Source: Dendrobates tinctorius (lineage: Eukaryota). From it: a stretch of DNA of 64,000 bases. Below, piece after piece: positions 53,785-64,000 of the stretch. Location: positions 3,224,001 to 3,288,000 of the forward strand of contig NW_027361723.1 in NCBI RefSeq assembly GCF_039654945.1, in the 5' to 3' direction. Each line of letters starts with the position of its first letter. The first letter of the stretch is position 1. Both the position numbers and the translations under genes were made by a program. The notes beneath the pieces were generated by a model. That model saw nothing but the letters and a program-made list of their open reading frames with translations, searched no databases and was not told the origin of the DNA.

Positions 53785-56550
53785 GGCACTGATCGTACAG
53801 CTCTGCAGGGAGGAGGTGGTGGATCTCATTGTACAGCTCTGCAGGGAGGAGGTGGTGGCACTGATCAAACAGCTCTGCTGAGGACAAGGTGGTGGCACTG
53901 ATCATACAGCTCTGCAGGGAGATGGTGGCACTGATGATACAGCTCTGCAGGGAGGTGGTGGCACTGACAGGTCAAGGAAATTCTTATCCTCTCTTGCTGA
54001 CAACTTTATCTTCCAAAAGGTAAAGGAGAAAACAAGGGGAACTGCTACCTTGGATCTAATCCTTATAAACAGGGAGGAAATGGTTGAGGAGGTAAAAGTG
54101 GCTGGGACCCTAGGAGGTAGCGACCATGCTATTTTAGAATTTTGGATAACTAGAGGCGGAAGACCTGTGAAGACTCAGACCTCAAGGTTAGATTTCAGAA
54201 AGGCAGATTTTAAGGGATTCAGAAAGAGAATTGGAGGGATCCAATGGCTGGATATCCTTAAAGACAAAAATGTCCAGGAAGGATGGGAAATCTTGAAAAA
54301 TGAAATTCTCAAAGCACAGTTGTTAACAATTCCGAAAAGAGGGAAGAATAGGAAGCATTTAAGGAAACCAGGATGGATGAACACAGAACTTAAGCACATG
54401 CTAAAAAGGAAGAAAAAAATGTTTATAAAATGGAAAGAGGGAGGCATATCTAAAGAAGAATATAATGCTGTCTGCAGAATCTGCAGGGCACAAATCAGAT
54501 TATCTAAAGCTGAAAATGAATTGAGGCTTGCAAGAGATGTCAAAAGCAATAATAAAGGATTTTGGGGATATGTCAAAAGTAAAAGAAAAGTCAAAGATGC
54601 TATAGGATTTTTACAGGATGAAAATGATGAAATGGTAAGACAGGATGTTGAGAAGGCTGAACTTTTAAATTCCTATTTTGCATCTGTTTTCTCTCAGAAA
54701 GGAAATGTAACATCAACTGTTATTCACTGTCCTATTAAGGGAATAGAAGAATCCAGGATATCTATAAACAGAAAGATAGTGAGGAAACACTTAGCTAACC
54801 TAAATGAATTCAAGTCTCCAGGTCCAGATGAATTACACCCCAGAGTACTGAAGGAGATAGCAGAAGAAATTTTTGAACCCCTCTCCATAATCTTTGAAAA
54901 TTCTTGGAGAACAGGAGAAGTGCCAGAAGACTGGAGAAGAGCAAATGTTGTTCCTATCTTCAAAAAGGGGAAGAAGGTGGACCCAGGCAACTATAGGCCG
55001 GTGAGTCTGACTTCTATACCAGGAAAGATCTTTGAACAAATTATTAAACAACATGTATGTCAATACCTGGATAAGAATGAAGTGATTAAACAGAGTCAGC
55101 ATGGGTTTGTAACTAATAAGTCATGTCAGACTAATTTAATTTCCTTCTATGACGGTATTACTGATTGGGTGGATCAAGGAAATGCTGTAGATATAGTATA
55201 TCTTGACTTCAGCAAAGCATTTGACAAAGTCTCTCATACAATCCTTATTGAAAAAATGACTAAGTATGGAATGGACAAGGCAACTGTTAGGTGGATTCAT
55301 AACTGGCTTAGTGATCGGACCCAAAGAGTGGTCGTAAATGGCTGCACATCCAGTTGGAAGAATGTCTCAAGTGGGGTACCACAGGGCTCTGTCCTGGGCC
55401 CTGTATTGTTCAACATCTTTATCAACGATTTAGATGAAGGAATTGAGGGTAAACTGATTAAATTTGCTGATGACACAAAGCTAGGAGGGATAGCTAATAC
55501 TAGAGAAGAGAGAGAGAGGATTCATAAAGATTTAAATAAACTGGAGAAGTGGGCAGCAACTAACAGAATGGTTTTTAACAGGGAGAAATGCAAAGTACTA
55601 CATCTGGGCAATAAAAATGAAAAAAGCATATATAGAATGGGAGGAATAGGGCTAAGTGACAGCACATGTGAAAAAGACTTGGGAATACTAATAGATCACA
55701 GACTGAATATGAGTCAACAGTGTGATGCAGCAGCAAAAAAGGCAAATGCAATTCTAGGATGTATTAACAGAAGCATACAGTCTAGATCACGTGAAGTAAT
55801 TATTTCCCTCTACTCCTCTTTGGTCAGACCTCATCTGGAATATTGTGTCCAATTTTGGGCACCACATTTTAAAAAAGACATCAACAAACTGGAGCAAGTT
55901 CAGAAAAGAGCGACCAGAATGGTGATCGGTCTGCAAACCCTGTCTTATGAGGAAAGGTTGCAGGATTTGGGAATGTTTAGTTTGCGAAAGAGAAGACTGA
56001 GAGGAGACTTAATAGCTGTCTACAAATATCTAAAGGGCTGTCACATTGTAGAAGGATCAACTTTATTCTCATTTGCACAAGGAAAGACTAGAAGCAATGG
56101 GATGAAGCTGAATGGGAGGAGACACAGATTAGATATTAGAAAAAACTTTTTGACAGTTAGAGTGATCAATGAGTGGAACAGGCTGCCACGAGAAGTGGTG
56201 AGTTCTCCTTCAATGGAAGTCTTCAAACAGAGGCTGGACAGACATCTAACTGGGATGATTTAGCGAATCCTGCTTTGAGCAGGGGGTTGGACCAGATGGC
56301 CCAGGAGGTCCCTTCCAACTCTACCATTCTATGATTCTATGATCACACAGCTCTGCAGGGAGGTGGTGGCACTGATCATACAGCTCTGCGGGGAGGAGGT
56401 GGTGGCACCGATCACACAGCTCTGCAGGGAGGTGGTGGCACTGATCATACAGCTCTGCAGGGAGGTGGTGGTGGCACTGATCACAGAGCTCTGCAGGGAG
56501 GTGGTGGCACTGATCACAGAGCTCTGCAGGGAGGAGGTGGTGGCTCTGAT
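53785..56550. repeat. ~33-36-bp minisatellite (53785-53967 and 56341-56550), split by a CR1 and contiguous with the H1 stem-loop
   Basis: Unit ggtggtggcactgatcatacagctctgcagggag. Confidence 0.9.
53968..56342 (+). mobile_element. Young CR1 LINE, 5'-truncated, with open ORF2 (54050-56263)
   Basis: 737 uninterrupted codons from the endonuclease end (LDLIL, GGSDH) through RT (KFADDTKL); (ATTCTATG)n tail. Confidence 0.96.
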
Positions 56551-56557
56551 AAGAGCC
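56542..56557 (-). terminator. Histone 3' stem-loop (H1)
   Basis: GGCTCT-TATC-AGAGCC on the minus strand. Confidence 0.93.
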
Positions 56558-56586
56558 TTTGTGGGATGAGGACAGGGCGGCTCCGC

Positions 56587-57228
56587 TTATTTTTTGGCCA
56601 CGGGCTTCTTGGCTTTAGCCGCCTTCTTAGCCGGACTCTTGGCAGCTTTGGGTTTCGCTGCCTTCTTAGCGGGGCTCTTTGTCACCTTCTTGGGCTTCGG
56701 AGCAGCCTTCGGCTTTTTGGGGCTCTTAACTGCTTTTTTGGCTGCTGCGGGCTTCTTGGCCTTTTTCGGGCTCTTCTTGGCCGTGGTCGGAGCCTTCTTG
56801 GGCTTCTTCGGGGATTTTGCAGCTTTCTTGGCTGCTGGTTTCTTGGCTTTGGCCGCAGGCGCCTGCTTCTTCTTGTTCTTGGTCTCCTGCTTCTTGTTCA
56901 GCTTAAATGACCCGGAGGCGCCGCTGCCCTTCACCTGGAGCAGGGCGCCCTTGGTGACCAGACCCCTGACGGCCAGCTTCAGGCGGCTGTTATTCCTCTC
57001 CACATCGTACCCTCCAGCAGCCAGAGCCTTCTTCAGGGCGGCCAGAGACACCCCGCTGCGCTCCTTGGAAGCAGACACGGCTTTGACGATCAGCTCGGAC
57101 ACGCTGGGGCCAGAGGGCTTTTTGCTCTTCTTGGCGACCCCTGCGGAGGATTTTTTCGGCTGTTTCTTGGATTTGGTGGCTGGTTCAGCGGGAGGAGGAG
57201 GAGCGGCGGCTGGCGCGGTCTCTGCCAT
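56587..57228 (-). CDS. H1: Linker histone H1
   Basis: MAETAPAAA.., globular domain [38 protein letters not shown], and Lys/Ala/Pro tail with SPKK motifs; TATA at ~57300 and CCAAT boxes. An alternative ATG lies at 57231. Confidence 0.97.
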   Translation of the reverse strand: MAETAPAAAPPPPAEPATKSKKQPKKSSAGVAKKSKKPSGPSVSELIVKAVSASKERSGVSLAALKKALAAGGYDVERNNSRLKLAVRGLVTKGALLQVKGSGASGSFKLNKKQETKNKKKQAPAAKAKKPAAKKAAKSPKKPKKAPTTAKKSPKKAKKPAAAKKAVKSPKKPKAAPKPKKVTKSPAKKAAKPKAAKSPAKKAAKAKKPVAKK

Positions 57229-57859
57229 CATATAATCAAGAACAAACACAAAGTGCTGAAAGAAAAATTACAAAAGACGGAGCGGGAGCCGCCTCAAATA
57301 TATACAGTCACACTGCGCACTGATTGGCTGCCCCTCCTGAGCTTCTATTGGCTGACACTGGTCACAGGCCCCGCCCCTCCTGTCTGAGCCAGGTGAAGCT
57401 CCGCCCTCCCCTTGTGCTTCCTTGCCCGGGATAAGCGACCATTACCGGTCAGGACCGGGCAGCAGAGCCGCTGTGTCAGTGTCCTCCTCCTCACTGACAT
57501 CTCCCCCACATGTCTATAGCCGTCACTGGCGGAGGAGGCAGGAAGGAGCCGGGAAGAGCCCCGGAATCTCCCCATAGTCCTCCTGGCCGCACATCATTCT
57601 GTATCGGGGAAGATGAATCTGCTGCGGGAGCTCGCTCCTTCTGTTCCCGGCACCTGTCACTATCATAGGGATCTGTACCACAATCTGTACCGTGCAGGAA
57701 GCTGATTGGACGATGTGAGAACGACCTGGAGCTGCTGAGAGGTCGGAAGGAGACACAGACGGCGGCTCCGCTCCCTGCAGCTTCTGGCCTGTATATATAT
57801 ATATATCCAGTGTGTGGGCTTGTGGATCAGGAGCGCGGAGTCCAGAATATCTGATGTGT

Positions 57860-58330
57860 GGAATATACAGCGCTATATGGAGGGTACACGTCCCTCTATG
57901 GGGGAGTACAGCCGTCAATGAGGGTGTACCCTAATATAAGGGGAGTATACAGCACTATATTCTAGACTACGATACTATATGGAGGGTTGTCAGCACTATA
58001 TGGCGGTATACAATACTACTTGAAGGTTATACAGCACAATATGTCGGTACATAACAGTATTTGGCAGCTTACAGCACTACATGGGGGTATACAGCGATAT
58101 ATGATGGGATAAAGAACAATATGGAGGGCCCACAGCACTTTCTGGAGAGTATTTAGCTATATATGGGGGCATACAGCGATATATGTAGGTATCAGCACTA
58201 CCTTATCCTCAGTTACTATATGGAGGGTATCCAGCACTATATGCGGGTGTTCTGTAGATGACACAGGTTTATAGAGGAGAAATGCAGATGGGGAGTATAC
58301 AGCACATGTAGCCTTTGTAGTGCTGTATAC
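57860..58330. repeat. Degenerate ~22-26-bp tandem repeat (cagcactatatggaggg..)
   Basis: Recurrent tacagc(a/g)(c/a)tatatgg motif. Confidence 0.6.
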
Positions 58331-59463
58331 CACCTAGTAGGGAGGATGGTGGATGTACAGCACCGTACTGGGGGTGTATATTTTTGCAATCCTAGTGCCC
58401 GCAGTTCCAGGGCTGATCAGTGTCAACTCCGCTTCCAGCAGTGATCGGAGCGGACGCCACACGGAGACCCGGTAACCTTATACAAGGGCGGCTCCGTGTG
58501 GGCTCCGCATCCAGCACAGATCGGATGATACAATCCGCACATGTTCTACCAGGAGGAGCCCGATGTGCTGAACCCGGGGAAATGACGAGCAGCAGACACA
58601 GGAGCAATAAGGGGTTAAACGGAGGAGGAAGCACGTCTATCGGTGATTGGTCGATTCCTGTGGGCGGGGCTTTAGATCCGTTTGATAATTTGAATCTCCC
58701 GCTCAGTCGTGTTCTCGGCGCTCGATCATTAACCCTTCAGTGACTGTGCTCTGCTTGTGGAAGAGACACCATTTCCCGATCACCGTCAGGAGTGAGCGGC
58801 CATTATTCCTGTGGACCTTGCGGTAAAGTGAGACTGTATTAACCCCTCACTCCCCAGACCGGTGCCGGCTGCTCATTATCTCACCAATCACAGTTATGGA
58901 TATTTTATGTAGGCATCTTGTATGCGAGACGTCTCCTCCTCTGGAGGATGGAGCTCCCACACTCCGCAATACACCGGCTCCGGACCTGCGTCATCTCCAG
59001 TCCTCTCTCCGGTCCGCCGGGCTCGGATGACGGCGCTGTACACTCCGGGGGCGGATTTCCCCTCTGTTCTCTCTTCAGGCTCCGGTTACTGATAAATAAG
59101 AAAAGACACAAGCAGCCTCCCCCGTCATGAGGGGAACGAGCCGCTAATGTCCGGCTGCATCCATCAGCCCCGGCACAGGAGAGCGCTGCCGGCTGGAGCC
59201 GCACAGTCCTCGGTATTAGGAGCAGTCAGGAAGTCACGGTCAGTGTCCACATGTAGATGGTAAATGAGGAGGGAGACAGTGATGAGATGCAGGCGCTGGA
59301 CACCGGGAAGCCGCCACTAATAAGGGGGCGCAGAGTCACCGGTACAGGATGTGACCGCTCCGCACTGGATTTACACCGATCCTGAGAAATAGGATCTGAC
59401 CCAACTCCCTCACCTCAATCATCCGATACCAGGAATTGTCGCTTCTCCAGGACACATGTGGGC

Positions 59464-59479
59464 GGCTCTGAGAAGAGCC
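59464..59479 (-). terminator. Orphan histone stem-loop with an H4-type 3' UTR but no coding region
   Basis: Minus strand reads TTAATGATTCTCCGCTCCATCCTCACCCCCC..GGCTCT-TCTC-AGAGCC-GCCCAC. Confidence 0.8.
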
Positions 59480-59948
59480 TGGAGCCTGGGGGGTGAGGAT
59501 GGAGCGGAGAATCATTAACACCCCCATATAGTGCAGTATTCATCTAAATAGCGCTGTGAAGCTCGATATACTGCTGTGTACAGGGCTGCAAACCTCCTGT
59601 AATGCAGAACCCCCACACACAGCTGTAAACATTCCATATAGAACTAGATAAAAAAAATGGCTGTTTGCGGCCATTTAATGCTCAATACCCGCTATATAGC
59701 TACGACTCCCATTAATACACTGCAGTGTACCCTCAGAGTGCAGTAAATGTCTATACTGTGATGTAGCCTCTATAAAGCGCTCTAGATATTTCATCCATAC
59801 AGTAATTCATGACCCATATAGCGCTGTATATCCAGGTAACCATCTGTTTTAAACGCTGATGTCACATAACACCACAAAATACCCGCAATCTCCCTCCCTG
59901 GCCACATCACACAGCGGAGATCATAGCTTTTTCTTAGTAGATGTGGGC

Positions 59949-59964
59949 GGCTCTGATAAGAGCC
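59949..59964 (-). terminator. Histone 3' stem-loop (H4)
   Basis: GGCTCT-TATC-AGAGCC on the minus strand. Confidence 0.93.
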
Positions 59965-59994
59965 TTTGGGGGGTGAGGATGGAGCGGAGACGCA

Positions 59995-60330
<336 letters not shown>

Positions 60331-61624
60331 CTATGACTGATGAGCGCAGAGTCCTTCCTTTATATAGAAGAATGCGGACCGGAGCGAGGACTGGCGAGAT
60401 GACGTATTTCCGGTGCGGGATGTCAAGTATGGAATTCGCAGTTAGCTCCTCCCCTTCACCTCTGATTGGCTGAGCACATAACAGTTGGCGATTTTGAATT
60501 CCCCGCTCTTATTTTGTAGTTTTTCCCGCTTCTGTCTTTTTGTAACATAAGAGTCAATAAAACTCCTCATCTCGGCGCCACAAAATTATTTGTTTCTCCA
60601 TTAATGTCAATGTGAGATTCAGGCTGGAAATTAATCAATCTCTGGGAGATCATCATCGATCAGACGCCTCCACCGGTCTGGAGAGGAAAGGGTGGGTGAC
60701 ATCGGAGGAAAATCAGCTGCTGCCCGGTAAGTTACCTGGTTGTCTCCACACACGGATCTGTGATGACCTTTCCTATAGAGAAATCATGCGGACAACCTCT
60801 AATGACCGCAGAGAAACGGAGCAAAACTCCGCCGTCAGGAACCAACCAAACCGCAAAAACGACTTCCACCTCTATTTAACGCTCACATGCGATCACCACA
60901 TCCAGCTGATCACAGACTCCTGTATAAAGGGGACTAAATCTCAGAAGAGACAGAACAATGTCGGACTACAGACCTCTGACCGTACAGGAACGAAGAGACC
61001 TCATGGATTGGTCTTCCTCTGACAATGGAGGCATCAGGACCCCGGAGCAGACCTCAGTCACAGGGCAGTGAAGCCCCCGCCCTCCTCCTGGACGAGCTGC
61101 TGCAGGGTTTATGGCCACAGCTGCTCCTCTCCTCACAGTTCTGCTTCTCATCACTCGTCTTCTCGGCTGGATGATTTCTGTGTTGTGGATAAATAGGAGA
61201 CTCCTCAGATCGTTACCCGCAGCCTGATGAACAGACCTGAGGAGTCTCCACAGCTGCAATCCACCAGCTCTTCACTCCGCCATTAAGGTCTCAACCTCTG
61301 AGGACATAAACTGTAACACTTCATCCAGCTGTAACTCCAGGGTAAAGTCTCCATGTGGCGACAAGTCTCTGGAGCTGCGGATACTATGGCTGTGGATGGG
61401 AGGAAGTGTGGAGCATGCGGGGCTGTCAGTACATTCCTCTCACTACCACCCTCATCATCCTCACCTCCAGCCCTGCGCTTCATAACTGCAGATGTAAGTG
61501 GTGTCTGTCTCCCGCCCCAGTGCGCAGGAGCTGCCGGTCAGGAGAAACCGCTACAGATGTGAGATCAAGACAAGGACCTAAAAAAAAGCAGCGGAGGAGC
61601 AGCTCTAATGGTGAGGGGGTGGGC

Positions 61625-61640
61625 GGCTCTTAGAAGAGCC
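61625..61640 (-). terminator. Histone 3' stem-loop (H2B)
   Basis: GGCTCT-TCTA-AGAGCC on the minus strand, with a downstream AGAGCTG element. Confidence 0.93.
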
Positions 61641-61664
61641 TTTGGGGTGATGGCGGAGCNNNNN

Positions 61665-62775
<1,111 letters not shown>

Positions 62776-62807
62776 GCGCTGCTGCCGATTCCACCTACAC
62801 AACCAAA

Positions 62808-62823
62808 GGCTCTTCTAAGAGCC
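62808..62823 (+). terminator. Histone 3' stem-loop (H2A)
   Basis: GGCTCT-TCTA-AGAGCC-ACCCA; downstream CAGAGCTG at 62841. Confidence 0.95.
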
Positions 62824-63705
62824 ACCCACCCCGTCACCACCAGAGCTGACGCCGCTGATCTCGGGTCCTCACATTCCAGACACCACGGGCTGCCGCCACC
62901 AGTCTGTAGGTTGCTGCGCACACTGGAATCCGCTGTGCGGTTTCTACCCAAAACACTGGAGTGTCGGGAGATGAATGGGATAATATCATATGAAGCCTCA
63001 GACCTGTGGGGGGAGAGGAGTCCCTCATTAGTGTCTGATCCTCCGGCCCCTGACATCGCTGTGGAGATAACACGCAGTGATCACGTATCGGGGGGGAGTT
63101 GGCGGCCGCTGCCGGCGATTCTACACATCAGTGACTGCGGCTCCTCCCGGAGGACGATCCCGTGATGGCGGCTCTGGAGGGCTGGACTCAGCGCGGTTCT
63201 CGGGTGACCGGATTGTGATCTCCGCTGTCAGCCGTGACCGGTAATAATCCTCCGCGGAACAAGAGCGGGAACTTCAAATCCCCCAACGGATCCTGTGATC
63301 AGACAATGAGCGGGAATCCTCGGTAAAGCGCCGTCCTCACTGACGTACATAGACGTCTTTCCTCCTCCGTTTAACTCCTTACTTTCCGTGTTGCTGCTGA
63401 TCTCCCCTTATTTAGCAGTGTCCACAGATGCGGCACCTTCTCCCCAGCCCCCGGCAGCGCTCACATCGGGCTCCTCCAGAGCATCTGCTGCTTGCAGCCC
63501 CCTGTAATCACTGCAGACACAACTGGGAGTCCTGATAATACTTACTAAAAGGGTTAACCCCACAATAGTGTAGTGTAATCAGCCGCAGGCTTCACTGAAC
63601 AAATACTAAGTAACGCAGAAAAATAAGAATTAATAAAGCAAATAAACCACGAATCCTCCTGCTTTTCTTTCATTGCTAAAATATCACAGATCAAAGCATC
63701 ATACC

Positions 63706-64000
63706 TAGTGAGGAGCGAGCAGTAAAGAGCTCGGGTGCTCGTTCGGGTTGAGCAAATTTGAATACTCAGGTACTTGGACAGAACAACGAGCCCAATGTAA
63801 GTCTATGGGAGACCCCAGCATTTCTACATGGATCCCCCAGGTCTAAAAACATCTGAAAATGATGGAAACACTGCTGCAATGACAGGGGACATCATGGGGA
63901 TCACCCCTGGAAGCATTCCTGACTCCTAGGTCACAGCTTTATCATTGTAGCATTTACCAACCCTAGGTGGCCATGTGGTGTGTGACACATTAGCAGACAC
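63706..64000. mobile_element. Probable start of another hAT-type MITE
   Basis: TAGTGAGGAGCGAG terminus resembles the other hAT TIRs; ctcg/cgag subterminal repeats and an aagtctatggg motif shared with the 2526 element. The second end is not in the window. Confidence 0.5.

Overview
Eukaryotic, vertebrate genomic DNA, most likely from a frog or toad (inferred from the transposon repertoire and histone sequences). About 1-49 kb is a nested pile of transposable elements: two decayed hAT elements, a 3-kb palindromic hAT MITE, a full-length two-gene PIF/Harbinger, an intact pogo DD35D element, a Tc1 DD36E element, a piggyBac-type MITE, several CR1 LINEs, a Rex1/Babar-type LINE, a Penelope-like fragment, a DIRS element, a Gypsy LTR element with a Tf1-type self-priming site, and solo LTRs. 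Hidden in this pile is a Ly6/uPAR (three-finger, GPI-type) host gene hit by three separate insertions; its second LU-domain exon is missed by the ORF track. A local tandem duplication (~20.8-27.8 kb copied at ~30.8-35.4 kb) allows several events to be ordered. About 49.9-62.8 kb is a replication-dependent histone cluster (H4, H2B, H3, H1, H4, H2B, H2A) with 3' stem-loops, plus an orphan H4 pseudogene at 35.9 kb. The most unusual signals are in histone regulatory DNA: a variant H2B with an H2A-type promoter that shares its 3' flank with an H4 gene, an orphan stem-loop, and a minisatellite amplified from the H1 3'-processing signal. Both H2B coding regions are N-masked over the same 285 nt, which looks like a database artefact. 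All calls were made by eye; no searches were run.
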